Positions 18,917-29,587 of a stretch of 64,000 bases of DNA are shown in pieces. Position 1 is the stretch's first letter. Each line of letters opens with the position of its first letter. The notes beneath the pieces were generated by a model that did not search any database, was not told the DNA's origin, and saw only the letters and a program-made list of their open reading frames with translations. The stretch is from Verrucomicrobiia bacterium (GTDB lineage Bacteria > Verrucomicrobiota > Verrucomicrobiia > Limisphaerales > JADLHS01). The DNA lies in the NCBI GenBank assembly GCA_036274115.1, contig DASUGI010000100.1:41953-105952 (forward strand). The letters are read 5' to 3'. Both the position numbers and the translations under genes were made by a program.

Positions 18917-19597
18917 TTACCTTCCGAGAAATTTCACCACGGCTTCGGTGCGCGAGCTGACCTGAAGTTTCTCGTAGATGTTGTGACAGTGTTTTCGAAC
19001 CGTCTCGATGTTCACACCGAGCAGGTCGGCGATTTCCTTGTAGGGCAGCCCTTTGGACAACAACTCCAGCACTTCACGTTCACGGGTGGAGAGTGGTTGT
19101 TCGGTGCCGGCGCGGGAGGGTTGGTGGTGAAAATACTGCACGATTTTTCGCGCGATCAGACTGTTCAAAGGTGATCCGCCCCGGGCCGCATCGCGAACGG
19201 CCTCGAGCACCTGGTTGCCCGAACCCGTCCGCCCCTTGAGCAGGTAGCCGACCGCACCAGCCAGGAGAGACTTAAAAATCACATCGGCATCCTCGTAAAC
19301 TGTCAACATCACGTACTGCGTGTTGGGAAGCTGGCCTTTGAGGACCCGGACGCAATCAATGCCACTCATGCGAGGCAGGTTGATGTCCATGAGCACGACG
19401 TCCGGTTGATGGCGGGGAATTTCCTCCAGCGCCGCCTCGGCAGAGCGATGGCTGCTGACGCAGGTGAACCCCGGCGCGCGCGACAATTGATGCACGAGTT
19501 GCTCGCGCACCACATGGTCGTCCTCGACCACGCACACCCGTATGTTGCGACTGGTGGCTTCTGGATTCGTTTCAGGTTTGGCGCTGGCCATCTTCAT
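18917..19597 (-). CDS. NarL/LuxR-family response regulator
   Basis: REC domain (VCVVEDDHVV...VVLMDINLPRMSG) and a C-terminal LuxR HTH (LSTREREVLELLSKGLPYKEIADLLGVNIETVRKH). Start placed at the ATG at 19597, 4 nt after the kinase stop. Confidence 0.88.
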   Translation of the reverse strand: MKMASAKPETNPEATSRNIRVCVVEDDHVVREQLVHQLSRAPGFTCVSSHRSAEAALEEIPRHQPDVVLMDINLPRMSGIDCVRVLKGQLPNTQYVMLTVYEDADVIFKSLLAGAVGYLLKGRTGSGNQVLEAVRDAARGGSPLNSLIARKIVQYFHHQPSRAGTEQPLSTREREVLELLSKGLPYKEIADLLGVNIETVRKHCHNIYEKLQVSSRTEAVVKFLGR

Positions 19598-19601
19598 AAA
19601 C

Positions 19602-22600
19602 TCATGACCGACTCTTTTCTCGCGTACGATCAATCAGGCGACGGGATACTGACAACCGGATCGTCGTACCTTGTTCTGGTTGGCTCTCGATTTCGGTCTT
19701 TCCACCGATTTCTTCCATCCGTTGGCGCATGTTGTGCAGCCCGTTTCCCTCTGGGGAGACACTCAGGATGTCAAAGCCGCGGCCATTGTCAGCAATGATG
19801 ATGCGCAACTGTTCGTTGTCCAGTTGCAATGACACGCGCGCTTCTGTCGCCGCGGCATGCGCTACGACGTTTTGGATGGCTTCGCGCGCCGCCAGCACGA
19901 TGTGATGGCGCAACTCGGCCGACAACTGGAGCGCCGGCAGTACCATGGGGACATCGAGCACGCAACGAATGCCCGCAAGATTGAAATGTTCGGAAGCGAA
20001 TTGGCTGAGGTAGTTCGCCAGACTTTCGAGCGAATCATGTTTGGGATTGATCGCCCAGACAATTTCATCGAGCGATTGGATCGTGCGACGCGCGGTGGCG
20101 GGAATCAATCGCAGCCAATGCGCCGCTTCCTTCAGGTCGCCGTGCGAGGCTTCGGCGCGCTGGCTGAGGAAAACGATTTGAGTGAGGTTGGCGCCCAGGT
20201 CGTCGTGAATGTCCTTGGCGATGCGGCTGCGTTCGTGTTCGATGGCATGTTGCTGTTCGAGGCGTTCGAGTCGCAACTGTGCCTTCCAGCGTTCCACCCG
20301 GCGGACGGTAAGCGCGACTCCAGCAATCAGCAGCAGCCCCATACCGCCTTGAAACCAGCGCGTCTGCCAGAAGAAGGGCTGGATCTCCACGCGCAGCGAA
20401 TGGCCATCGGGATTCCACACGCCGTCGTTGTTGCAGGCGGTCACCCGAAACGTGTAATCGCCCGGAGGAATGTGACTGTACGTGACGATGTGTTCTGCGT
20501 CGGCTGCCGACCACTCTTCCTCAAGTCCTTCGAGCTTGTGCCGAAAGCGTATTTTTTCGGGCGCCGATACACTCAATGCGGTGAAGCGAAAATCCAGTCG
20601 CCGCTTTCCGGGCCCAATGACCAGCGTGGGCGCGGAGTGTTGAATCCGTTGCGAGTCGCCGTCGGCGATCACCTCCTCAATCCACACCGGCGGCGCCATG
20701 GTATTCTCGCGTATCGCGTCGGGTGCGATGCTGACGAATCCATTGACGGTCGGAAACCACAGCCGCCCGTCAGGTGTCCTGGCTCCGGCGGGTTGAAAAC
20801 CGCCGGGGCTTTCCAGAGCCGGCAGGCCGTCGTTTCGGCCGTAACCGATGCATTGAATGGAATCACGACGGCCTTCGGCGAAGTCGTGCAATTGCTGTCG
20901 GGCGACGCGGAACACGCCGCCAAAGGAACTGAACCACAAGTTGCCCCGGCCATCGTCGGTGATATGGGAAAGCGAGTTGTGCCACAATCCTTGAGCGGTG
21001 GTGATGGCGGATATTTTTCCTTCGCGCCAACGGCAGAGGCCATTGATGGTCGCCAGCCACACAGTTCCATCGGCATCGGCCAGCAGGCTGCGAACATAGT
21101 CAGAGGGCAAACCGTCGCGACCGGTGTAACGCGTCCATTTTTCATTGTGCCAGCGAAACGCACCGCCGTAGTGGGTGCCGAACCACATCGCGCCGTCAGC
21201 CGCTTCGGCAATGCACCGCACGTCCGGGAACGAAAGGCCTTCGACCACGCGCCATTGTTTAGGATCACTTTGAGGCATGAACCCGACGCCCGCGCCACCG
21301 GTGAAACCAATCCAGAGATTCGATTTGGAGTCCTTGAAAAAGGCGCTCGCGTAGTCCGATGACGGTAATTGGAGTTCCAAACTGAACCGCCCGCCGCGCA
21401 TGCGATAGATCAGCCCGCTCCCCGTGCCCAGCCACAGGGAATGGGCTCGGTCGTGGAAGAGCGTGCGAAAACTCAGCGGCAGTTCCGGCGGTTTCCAAAA
21501 TCGCATCGCGCCGGTATCCGCAGCGATGCGACCCAGGGTTTGCCCGTTAAAGAGTGCCCAAATGTTTCCGTCGGCATCCGCGGAGACTGCCATCGCGTAC
21601 CGATCCTGATCCGTCGCCGGCAATTCATGGGTGGTGAACATTCGGGGACGAAGGCGTGTTAAACCCGTTCCAAACCCGCCGCGCCATAAGTTTCCTTCGC
21701 GATCTTCGCAAAGCGTGCGATGGCTGCCTTGCAATCCGGGTTCGCGTGCGACGGCTTGCCACTCGCCGGAGGATTTCCGATAGAACAAGCCGCCGTCTCC
21801 GGCCGCCAACCACAACCGACCATCAAGAGTTTCCAACAATTGTTCGGCAGGATTGGTGAGGCCTGTGGGAACGGCCTCATCGAGGATCATTTGGCCATCG
21901 CGAATTTTTTTCAACCGGCTCGATTGGACTGTCCACAAGCCTCCGTCGCGCGCGGCAGCAAAAGCGTCGTGGGGCTGATTCGGCAACCCGGTCATTCCCG
22001 GTGGAATCACCAAGCGGTCCTTTTCCCGGATTCTCAAGCCGTCCTTGGTTCCCACCCACAGCGCACCTGCTTTATCCACTACCAGGTCAAGACTCGCTCG
22101 ATGGTAAAATGGGCCGGTCGTGGCAACAAATTCAACGCTGTCAGAAGTCAGCTTTCCCAGGTTGCCGGAGGAGGTTTGGATCCAGATTGTGCCCATTTGG
22201 TCCTGGGCCATGGCAATGATGGCCTGATTGGCGGGTTCGCTGTTGGGCAGATGGATGCGCGTTTCACCATCGCGGAACGCCAGCAGACGCCCGGACTCCA
22301 AACCGATCCAGAGCACGCCATCGCGATCTTCAAAGAGCCGGGACACGCGACCCGGGCCGAGTTGAGGCAGGCTGGCCGTCGAGAAATGCACGAAGCGTGT
22401 CCCGTCAAATCGCGCCACCCCCACGTAAGTCCCGATCCACAAGTAGCCGTCTTTGGCTTGCACCAGCGAATTCACGCTGCTGTGGGGCAAGCCGTCTTCG
22501 GTGCGCCAGTTGGTCACCAGAAACTCGGAGGAGTCGCCGGCGACTGTCAGCGGAACGATCAACGCCACGAGAATGGCGAGGGCCTTCAGATAGCGCGGGT

Positions 22601-22706
22601 GACTCACGATGCGGTCACCGTAAAACTTTTTGGCCCACGAGAAAAGCGGGGAGACAATCAGTTGCGGGTTAACACGGGAAACCGCCTGGAGAGCGGCGCA
22701 ATCCAT
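19602..22706 (-). CDS. Sensor histidine kinase with periplasmic two-component-regulator propeller repeats and a Y_Y_Y domain
   Basis: Repeated D...G.LW.GT propeller-like units; a Y_Y_Y-like block (IRFRHKLEGLEEEWS...YSHIPPGDYTFRV.ACNNDGVW); a TM helix; HisKA_3 (ERSRIAKDIHDDLGANL); and an HATPase (GNGLHNMRQRMEEIGG). Start ATG at 22706 chosen to avoid overlap with the upstream gene. Confidence 0.88.
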   Translation of the reverse strand: MDCAALQAVSRVNPQLIVSPLFSWAKKFYGDRIVSHPRYLKALAILVALIVPLTVAGDSSEFLVTNWRTEDGLPHSSVNSLVQAKDGYLWIGTYVGVARFDGTRFVHFSTASLPQLGPGRVSRLFEDRDGVLWIGLESGRLLAFRDGETRIHLPNSEPANQAIIAMAQDQMGTIWIQTSSGNLGKLTSDSVEFVATTGPFYHRASLDLVVDKAGALWVGTKDGLRIREKDRLVIPPGMTGLPNQPHDAFAAARDGGLWTVQSSRLKKIRDGQMILDEAVPTGLTNPAEQLLETLDGRLWLAAGDGGLFYRKSSGEWQAVAREPGLQGSHRTLCEDREGNLWRGGFGTGLTRLRPRMFTTHELPATDQDRYAMAVSADADGNIWALFNGQTLGRIAADTGAMRFWKPPELPLSFRTLFHDRAHSLWLGTGSGLIYRMRGGRFSLELQLPSSDYASAFFKDSKSNLWIGFTGGAGVGFMPQSDPKQWRVVEGLSFPDVRCIAEAADGAMWFGTHYGGAFRWHNEKWTRYTGRDGLPSDYVRSLLADADGTVWLATINGLCRWREGKISAITTAQGLWHNSLSHITDDGRGNLWFSSFGGVFRVARQQLHDFAEGRRDSIQCIGYGRNDGLPALESPGGFQPAGARTPDGRLWFPTVNGFVSIAPDAIRENTMAPPVWIEEVIADGDSQRIQHSAPTLVIGPGKRRLDFRFTALSVSAPEKIRFRHKLEGLEEEWSAADAEHIVTYSHIPPGDYTFRVTACNNDGVWNPDGHSLRVEIQPFFWQTRWFQGGMGLLLIAGVALTVRRVERWKAQLRLERLEQQHAIEHERSRIAKDIHDDLGANLTQIVFLSQRAEASHGDLKEAAHWLRLIPATARRTIQSLDEIVWAINPKHDSLESLANYLSQFASEHFNLAGIRCVLDVPMVLPALQLSAELRHHIVLAAREAIQNVVAHAAATEARVSLQLDNEQLRIIIADNGRGFDILSVSPEGNGLHNMRQRMEEIGGKTEIESQPEQGTTIRLSVSRRLIDRTREKSRS

Positions 22707-22723
22707 CTCAGCCGGTTTATCGG

Positions 22724-23581
22724 TTACGGATCGGGCAATGCTTCGGCGAGTCTGATGTAATCGGGATCGTTTGGCGTCGTGGGCGACGGATTCAACGGGT
22801 TGCTGGTGGAAGAGGGGCGTTGGTTTGCGGCGCGCGTATCGTCGTTGTTGTACTGCCGGTTCAGGGCGATCAGGACCGTTCCGCGCCAACGCCAAATCTC
22901 AGAGTGGCCATCCAGGAACGAGAACGTGGCGCCGTTGTTATGACGCGCGCTGGGAGGATTCCAGAACTGAGCCGGGCCGGCGAGTGATTCCACGCCGATG
23001 GCTCCATTGTCGATGCTGATTTGATTCTCCTCGGCAAAACTGAACACGCTGGCCGGCCGTCGCACGTTGCTGGTTTTTTGCGCCACCTTCGTGTGAGTGT
23101 TGTTCTTGCCGGAATTGCAATTCAACTGCACGGAGATTGCATAGCTGCGGTTGTGAGGGTCCGTTTTTCCTCCCAGACCGCGGACGAAGGCGCGACTGCC
23201 AGGGCAGCGGTAGATCTCCGTGGACTTGTTGTAAGGGTAGAGCACGCCCGTCTGGATGGTGCCGAGGTAATTGGCCGTCCACTCCTGAACATTGCCCTGG
23301 ATCCAGGCGTTGGCTCCCGCGGCGGTGCTGGCAATGCCGCTGGCGCCGCCGGTATCGTTGTTGAGCAACTGGTCGTTGTTATCATCGGCATACATGTGAG
23401 CGGCCAGTTGCAGTTGCTTGGTGTTGTTCAGGCAATTCGTCGCGTGCGCTTTGGCTTTGGCCCTGGACAGGGCCGGCAACAGCATGGCGGCCAGGATCGC
23501 AATGATCGCAATCACGACCAGCAATTCAATCAACGTGAAACCTTGTTGGTAGAGCAACCGGTTACTGTTCGCTCGTTTCAT
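22724..23581 (-). CDS. Prepilin-type N-terminal methylation-domain protein with H-X9-DG motif (DUF1559-like pseudopilin)
   Basis: [29 protein letters not shown], and near the C-terminus [12 protein letters not shown] (H-X9-DG). Confidence 0.85.
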   Translation of the reverse strand: MKRANSNRLLYQQGFTLIELLVVIAIIAILAAMLLPALSRAKAKAHATNCLNNTKQLQLAAHMYADDNNDQLLNNDTGGASGIASTAAGANAWIQGNVQEWTANYLGTIQTGVLYPYNKSTEIYRCPGSRAFVRGLGGKTDPHNRSYAISVQLNCNSGKNNTHTKVAQKTSNVRRPASVFSFAEENQISIDNGAIGVESLAGPAQFWNPPSARHNNGATFSFLDGHSEIWRWRGTVLIALNRQYNNDDTRAANQRPSSTSNPLNPSPTTPNDPDYIRLAEALPDP

Positions 23582-23610
23582 GATGTCTCGTTGAATCAAC
23601 CTTGAATCTG

Positions 23611-26600
23611 TTACTGCCCTCCGACGCGGTAGAATCGCGTGTCAGAGCCGGAGATGCTGTTGGTAAAGGAACTGGTAGTGCTCGTCGCGGTTATCACTCC
23701 ACCCAGGTTGGACCAGTCTCCGGTGGAAATCGAATCCCGTGACTGTACCTGATAATTGTGGCCCACGACACTTGGCCAGGTCAAAATTACCGCTCCGTCG
23801 CTTTGAGTAATACTGGTGATGGCAAACGGCGAATGCGGCGGCACGTAGTTGGTGTTGATGAGGAAGGCTTTGATGCCGTTATTCGAGTCCAGCGCAAACA
23901 CGTAATTGCCACCGAACGCCGTGGTGCCGGTCCCGCCGACGGTGACGTTGGCATTGGCGGTTGCAAATGCTTCCTGGTCTCGCAGGATCGGGCCGCCGGC
24001 GAGATCCGAAATATCGAAGAGCTGGAAGTTGACCGACGTGTCGAGGGCGATGCCGGCGAGGAATTTTTGATTGGGATGCACCGAGATGGCTCGCAGATTT
24101 CCGGGAATTGCGTTGGAGTACGCGCCAATCACGGTGCCCGTGCCGGTGTTAATGTCGAATTGAACGAGGTAAAGAGCGTTGTTGATGGTCTTGGCCCAGA
24201 ACGTATTCGTGCCCGGACCGAAAGCGATGCCCAGTTGCGCAAAGGCATTGGGAACGTTGTTCACTGAAATGACGGCTGGAGGAATCTCGGTCTGGAAATC
24301 CATCGTAGAACTGGTGCGCAGGATGACGACATTGGTGCCGGACCGAGGAGCGAGGATGATCTGCGTGTCAGCGCCCGCGCCGCGCACGGCCATCGTGTCT
24401 CCGTAACCAAGATTCGGTTCGACACTCGCGGCGGGATCACCGGCGAAGACAATCACTGGCGGGTTGCCGGCGCTATCATCCGACCAGCGATAAACGTAGA
24501 ATGGCGGCGAAGTGGCGCTGACGGTCACACCAGCGCCATAGACCACTCCGTCATCGGAAACTCCGATCGTATTCAATCCCAGGCTGACTCCCGCAGTGGT
24601 TCCGGGGACGCCGGTCATATCCAGAAAGTGTTTTTCCGCTCCGGTGGTGGCATCCAACACGGCTACCGTCGGATCGGGAGACAACCGGCTCACCAACAGA
24701 AGATTGGTCGTCACGCTGTTGTAGGCCAGACCGCGTTCGGTGCTGGTATTGGTGCCGAGGTAGCTGCGTTCACCCGGCTCAAGACTCCAGATATTGCTCG
24801 CCTGCGCCGTATTGAAGGTGGGAATGACCGTCAGAAGAGCATTGGAACTCGCGGCAGTGCCAAAGACATTGCTGACGAGCAGGCTGTAAGTCCCGGCCGA
24901 ATTGGTCGTGACGTTTTTAAGAATCAGTGTGTTGGTCGTGGCGCCGATGACATTCGGTCCATCGCTGAGCGGTGTCCCATTGAAACGCCACCGATAGGTC
25001 AAGGGCTGTGAAGATGCTCCCAACGCGGTGAAGGTGGCGGAAGCACCTTCCATTACCGTCCGGTCCGTCGGATGCGTTACCAGGGAGACAGACGGAGGCA
25101 CGTAGTTCGTATTGATGGCAAAAGCCTTGATGCCGTTATTGCAGTCGAGCGTGAACAGATAATTGGCCCCAAAGACACTCGCGGCGATGCCATTGGCGTT
25201 GGCGTTTTGTGGCACAAATGCTTCCTGGTCGCGAAGCAAGGGTCCGTTGACCAGGTCGGAAACGTCATACAGCCGGACGTTGTCATTCGGCGTTTCCAGC
25301 GCGACTCCCGCCAGAAACTTTTGGTCCGGACTGACGGATATGCCGCGGACCGAACCCGGCACCAGTGCGGTTGAATACGTCCGAATCACCGCGCCGGTGT
25401 TTGAGTTGAGATCGAACTGGATGAGGTAGAGCGAACCGCCCCCGGCCTTTGCCCAGAATGTATTTCCGCCCGGCCCGAAAGCGAGACCAAGGGTGATGCC
25501 TCCAAAATTGGCCGGCACTCCCGTGATGGCGATCATCGCCGGGGGAATTTCTGTCTGAAAATCCAGTCCGCTGGAGGTGCGCAGCAGGGCGACGTTAGTC
25601 CCTGAACCGGGAGCGAGCAGGATTTCCGTGTTCGCCCCGGCACCGCGCACGGCGAAATTGTCGCCCCAGCGCAGGTTCGGTTGAACACTCGCTCCCGGAT
25701 CACCGATGAACACCGGTGTCGAGGGAACGCCGGGATCATCATTGTCCCAGCGGTAAATCTTGTAGGAGGGCGATGTGGCAGTCGTCGTCAGATTCGCGGC
25801 GAAAACCGCTCCGTCTTCAGCCACGCCGACCTGGTTCAGGACGATCGTCCCGTCAACAATGCCGCTGACGTCGAGAAAATGTTTTTCCGCCCCGGACGCC
25901 GGGTTCAGCACGACGACCTGATTGGAAGGAGTCCGGCTGGCGAGCAACAAATTGGTCGTGACGCTGTTGAACGCGATGGTTCGTTCGGTGTTGGCAGTGC
26001 TGATGTAAGGGCGGTCGCCGGGCACCAGGTTCCAGATATTGCTCATTTGTTCGGTGTTCAAGACCGGAGCAACGGTGAGCACGGCATTGGAGCTGAGGTC
26101 GGAGCCAAGAGTGTTGCTTACGAACAGGCTGTATTGGCCTGCCATGCTGGCGGTGATATTTCGCAAGGTCAGTTGGTTGCTGTTGGCCCCGCTGACGTTC
26201 GGGCCGTCCGTCAATACATTGGTACCATTGAAGCGCCACTGCCGGGAAGTGACGGCTGGTGCGCCCCAGCCATCGGCGATTAACGTGGCTGTGGCTGTTT
26301 CCATGATCGTCCGATTCGCGGGATGCGCGGTGATTTTGGCCGGGAGCGTCGGTGTGCCGGAGGTGATGGTGATGGCGTTAAAAAATCCCCGCATCTCCAC
26401 CGGGAATGTTCCTTCAGACGCAATGTAGAGTGATTCTCCGGCGGCAACCGTGACGGTCAGCACACCGAAGTTGTCACCTTCCACGAAGCCCGCAACAATC
26501 GCCGGCGCGGGATTCGATAACACGGCGGTGACATCACCGGGCGAAAACGCATACGAGTCTGCACTCGCGCCACTCGTGCCATAGAACTGCAGCCCCGCCG

Positions 26601-27099
26601 GACCGGCGGTATTGGAATTCCTGCCGTGCACTACCACGCGATACGTTCCGGCTGGCAAGCCATCAACCCGAAGACCCAATGCAATATTGTTGGTCCCGCC
26701 GGCCCCGCCAAAGATCCCGTCCCGGACCGGACTCGTGCCGGCGTACACGCCGGTGTTGATCGCCGTGCCCAGCGCATTTACGGTGAATCCGTTATCGCTG
26801 AAGTTGATTATGTCGTCTCCGACCGGACCCACCGCTGAGCTTCGGCCCAATTCCAAAGTAATACCGGTGGCTGCCGTGCCGTCGCTGTAGTAAAGCGTGT
26901 TGGTGTCTCCAACGATTCGATTCCAGGTGATCTCTGAACCGGGTACCACGCCGGTGGCATGCCCCGGATCCCTCAAGGCGTCGGCAGGAGCAGCTGCCGT
27001 TGGGCCGAAATCCAAAAGAAGTGAACTTGCCTGGCTGTTTCCGGCGGTGAGGCTGACCAGAGCCACGATGGCAAGGGTAGTTTGGAAAAAGTGTTTCAT
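23611..27099 (-). CDS. 1162-aa secreted protein: N-terminal domain, two ~415-aa [Ig-like + propeller-like] modules, FYRV tail
   Basis: Signal peptide. Ig-like blocks ([10 protein letters not shown]...[10 protein letters not shown] / [10 protein letters not shown]...[10 protein letters not shown]), each followed by a long homologous region. Ends ...[10 protein letters not shown]. Confidence 0.75.
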   Translation of the reverse strand: MKHFFQTTLAIVALVSLTAGNSQASSLLLDFGPTAAAPADALRDPGHATGVVPGSEITWNRIVGDTNTLYYSDGTAATGITLELGRSSAVGPVGDDIINFSDNGFTVNALGTAINTGVYAGTSPVRDGIFGGAGGTNNIALGLRVDGLPAGTYRVVVHGRNSNTAGPAGLQFYGTSGASADSYAFSPGDVTAVLSNPAPAIVAGFVEGDNFGVLTVTVAAGESLYIASEGTFPVEMRGFFNAITITSGTPTLPAKITAHPANRTIMETATATLIADGWGAPAVTSRQWRFNGTNVLTDGPNVSGANSNQLTLRNITASMAGQYSLFVSNTLGSDLSSNAVLTVAPVLNTEQMSNIWNLVPGDRPYISTANTERTIAFNSVTTNLLLASRTPSNQVVVLNPASGAEKHFLDVSGIVDGTIVLNQVGVAEDGAVFAANLTTTATSPSYKIYRWDNDDPGVPSTPVFIGDPGASVQPNLRWGDNFAVRGAGANTEILLAPGSGTNVALLRTSSGLDFQTEIPPAMIAITGVPANFGGITLGLAFGPGGNTFWAKAGGGSLYLIQFDLNSNTGAVIRTYSTALVPGSVRGISVSPDQKFLAGVALETPNDNVRLYDVSDLVNGPLLRDQEAFVPQNANANGIAASVFGANYLFTLDCNNGIKAFAINTNYVPPSVSLVTHPTDRTVMEGASATFTALGASSQPLTYRWRFNGTPLSDGPNVIGATTNTLILKNVTTNSAGTYSLLVSNVFGTAASSNALLTVIPTFNTAQASNIWSLEPGERSYLGTNTSTERGLAYNSVTTNLLLVSRLSPDPTVAVLDATTGAEKHFLDMTGVPGTTAGVSLGLNTIGVSDDGVVYGAGVTVSATSPPFYVYRWSDDSAGNPPVIVFAGDPAASVEPNLGYGDTMAVRGAGADTQIILAPRSGTNVVILRTSSTMDFQTEIPPAVISVNNVPNAFAQLGIAFGPGTNTFWAKTINNALYLVQFDINTGTGTVIGAYSNAIPGNLRAISVHPNQKFLAGIALDTSVNFQLFDISDLAGGPILRDQEAFATANANVTVGGTGTTAFGGNYVFALDSNNGIKAFLINTNYVPPHSPFAITSITQSDGAVILTWPSVVGHNYQVQSRDSISTGDWSNLGGVITATSTTSSFTNSISGSDTRFYRVGGQ

Positions 27100-27256
27100 A
27101 GGAGTGGGGCGGATGTTCTCAGTTTGGCTTCCATCGATATTTCATCGAACGCCTCGAGCCAGTCGGCTGCGCACGCGAATGGACTAATGGCAACGCCTGA
27201 CTACGGTGCAGTGATGAATCGCTTGAAGTTTGTGACTTCGCGCGCTCCCAGGTCCA

Positions 27257-27272
27257 TTACACGTTCGTGTAA
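27257..27272. promoter_or_regulatory. Perfect 7-2-7 inverted repeat TTACACG-TT-CGTGTAA, candidate NarL/LuxR-type operator
   Basis: Read directly, 158-173 nt upstream of the 27099 start. Both sites share the extended context ATTACACG..GTGTAACG. Confidence 0.4.
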
Positions 27273-27365
27273 CGTGGGAGAATCTAACTCCTGGGGCGCA
27301 TGCAGGCGGCAACAAGCCTGTTCACAGCGCAACAGGTCAGTCGGAAGGATTGGCCGTGCCCGTGA

Positions 27366-28733
27366 CTAGCTGAGTTTGTATTGTCCGGGGATTGCCACCT
27401 CGGGAAAAGGTAGCGGACCAAACTCGTATTTCTCCGGGCCCAGACGCTTATTCGAGTTCAGCATCTGATCCCATTCGACGATTTGGCCGCTGTAAGCGGA
27501 TTCACGGCCCATGATTGCCATCAGCGTTGATTCAGCGGTCTGTTGCGCTTCGTTCAAAGGCTTTCCAGCGCGAATGCTGTTGATGAAGTCCAAATGCTCC
27601 TGCTGATACGGATTGGGGTCTTGATCGCGGAAACGCCAGCCCTGGCCGCCGGTGACGCGAATGTAATCCTTGCAGTTGCTCGTGCCCTTCGTGCCCGCGA
27701 CAAACTCAGCCACGCGACTGTCGGTCTTGTCCATCTGGCGACATTGACTGAACATCTTCATGCCGTTTTCATATTCGAACTCAACGGCGAAATGATCGTA
27801 GATGTGGCCGTAGTTCGGATGATTCGGTCGCGCCTGTCGTCCACCCAGCGCCATCGCTCGCGTCGGCGTCTTTCCAATCACCCAACGCATGATGTCGAGG
27901 TTGTGCAGATGCTGCTCCACGATGTGATCGCCGCTCAGCCAGGTGAAATAACCCCAATCGCGCATTTGCCATTCCATGTCGGACATCTCGGGCTTGCGAT
28001 CAATCGTCCAGATCACGCCGCCATTCCAGTAGCATGCGCCGTAGACGAGGTCGCCAATTTCGCCGTCCTGAATGCGCTTGATGCACTCGTTGTAGCTCTT
28101 GAAGTGACGCCGTTGCGTCCCCGAAACAATGCCGAGATTCTTTTCCTTGGCAAGTTTTCCGGATTCCATTATCGAGCGAACCCCAGGCGCGTCCACGGCG
28201 CAGGGTTTCTCGATAAAGGCGTTCTTACCCGCCTCAATTGCTGCTCTCAAATGTGCCGGGCGAAAATGCGGTGGCGTCGCCAGGATGACGTAATTGATTT
28301 CCGGAATCGCCAGTAGTTTTTTGTGGGCCTCAAAACCGGTAAAGCAATTCTCGTTGGGAATGTTGATGCCCAGCTTCGCCAGATTGATGCGACAGCTCTC
28401 AATGCGATCCTGGAACACATCCGCCAGGGCGACCACTTGCACGTTCTTATTCTTGAGCGTGGCACCCTCTTGAATGTTCTCGGTGTGATAACCGGATTGC
28501 GGATAGATGACTTTCGTTTCCGCGCCGAGCGCGTCCAGGACCGCACCACTGCCACGCCCGCCACAACCAATCACACCAATCCTGATCGGATCATCCGGTG
28601 CCGCATGGCTGGTGACAACGAATGGGAACTGGCTGACGGCTGCCGCACCCGCTGCGGCGAGCGAGGAGTTCTTGATGAATGAACGACGCGAAAGGGCAGG
28701 GGACTCGTTGGTCTCCGAAAGGGGCTTATTCAT
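27366..28733 (-). CDS. TAT-exported Gfo/Idh/MocA-family oxidoreductase
   Basis: Twin-arginine signal SRRSFIKNSSLAAAGAAA, then a Rossmann motif IRIGVIGCGGRGSG. Start ATG at 28733. Confidence 0.85.
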   Translation of the reverse strand: MNKPLSETNESPALSRRSFIKNSSLAAAGAAAVSQFPFVVTSHAAPDDPIRIGVIGCGGRGSGAVLDALGAETKVIYPQSGYHTENIQEGATLKNKNVQVVALADVFQDRIESCRINLAKLGINIPNENCFTGFEAHKKLLAIPEINYVILATPPHFRPAHLRAAIEAGKNAFIEKPCAVDAPGVRSIMESGKLAKEKNLGIVSGTQRRHFKSYNECIKRIQDGEIGDLVYGACYWNGGVIWTIDRKPEMSDMEWQMRDWGYFTWLSGDHIVEQHLHNLDIMRWVIGKTPTRAMALGGRQARPNHPNYGHIYDHFAVEFEYENGMKMFSQCRQMDKTDSRVAEFVAGTKGTSNCKDYIRVTGGQGWRFRDQDPNPYQQEHLDFINSIRAGKPLNEAQQTAESTLMAIMGRESAYSGQIVEWDQMLNSNKRLGPEKYEFGPLPFPEVAIPGQYKLS

Positions 28734-28782
28734 GCCGACAGTTTGCGCCTTTGGGCCCAATTTGAAAAACAAAAATCTGTCG

Positions 28783-29556
28783 TCAATTCTGGCTACTCGG
28801 CGGCGCGACAATGACTTCAATCTCTTTCGCCCGTAGCGGGTCAATCAACTCACGTGGCGCCTGGCTGTCGGTAACAATGGTATGGACTTTGGAGAGATCG
28901 CAAAGTTGTGAAACCGAGCGGCGTCCAAACTTGGAAGAGTCCAGGCACATGATGACTTTCGCTGCCGCGCACATCATGGCGAGTTGGATGTCGATCAGCA
29001 ATCCGTGCGAGTTGGTCAATCCATCGAGCGTGATTCCCCCCGCGCTCATTACCGCCACGTCAGCATGGATTTTTGAAAATGCTTCCACCGCGAGCGGACC
29101 TACGAGCACGCCGAGGCGCGGGTAAATCACGCCGCCGCTCACGACGACTTCCACTTTACCGGCAGAGGAATAGAGATTTGCGACGGGCAGGGAATTGGTG
29201 ACGATTTGCGGTGACTTCTCTGCGAGATGTTTCGCGACGTGATAGGGCGTCGTGCCGGCGTCGATGATGACGCTTTGATTCGGACCGATGAGTTCAGCAC
29301 AGGCGCGGCCAATGGCCTCCTTGGCGTCGAGCTGATGGGTGTCGCGTGCGGAGAAAGTGAACTCGTCGGACTTCGGCGCGATAAGGCGCGCGCCGCCATG
29401 GGTGCGTTTCAAATTTCCGGCGGCTTCAAGCACGGTGAGGTCACGGCGGACGGTTGAAACGGACGAGCCGACGTGCTTGGCCAAGTCTTCAAGCGACGCA
29501 AATTCGACCTGCTGAAGGTAAGTTTCCAGCCGATGTTTCCGCTCTTCTGCCGTCAT
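28783..29556 (-). CDS. DeoR/GlpR-family transcriptional regulator
   Basis: N-terminal HTH (ASLEDLAKHVGSSVSTVRRDLTVLE) and a DeoR C-terminal sugar-phosphate sensor domain. Start ATG at 29556; the longer ORF extension runs through a REP element. Confidence 0.88.
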   Translation of the reverse strand: MTAEERKHRLETYLQQVEFASLEDLAKHVGSSVSTVRRDLTVLEAAGNLKRTHGGARLIAPKSDEFTFSARDTHQLDAKEAIGRACAELIGPNQSVIIDAGTTPYHVAKHLAEKSPQIVTNSLPVANLYSSAGKVEVVVSGGVIYPRLGVLVGPLAVEAFSKIHADVAVMSAGGITLDGLTNSHGLLIDIQLAMMCAAAKVIMCLDSSKFGRRSVSQLCDLSKVHTIVTDSQAPRELIDPLRAKEIEVIVAPPSSQN

Positions 29557-29562
29557 TCTGGC

Positions 29563-29587
29563 GATAGATTGATAGATATTGATAGAT
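29563..29587. promoter_or_regulatory. Three direct GATAGAT repeats, candidate DeoR operator
   Basis: GATAGAT at 29563, 29571 and 29581, immediately upstream of deoR and just before a TTGACT hexamer (29603-29608). Confidence 0.35.

Noticed and set aside
19857-21362. 501-aa plus-strand ORF antisense to the sensor kinase
   Set aside because: Same reasoning. The minus strand carries propeller, Y_Y_Y, HisKA_3 and HATPase motifs in order.
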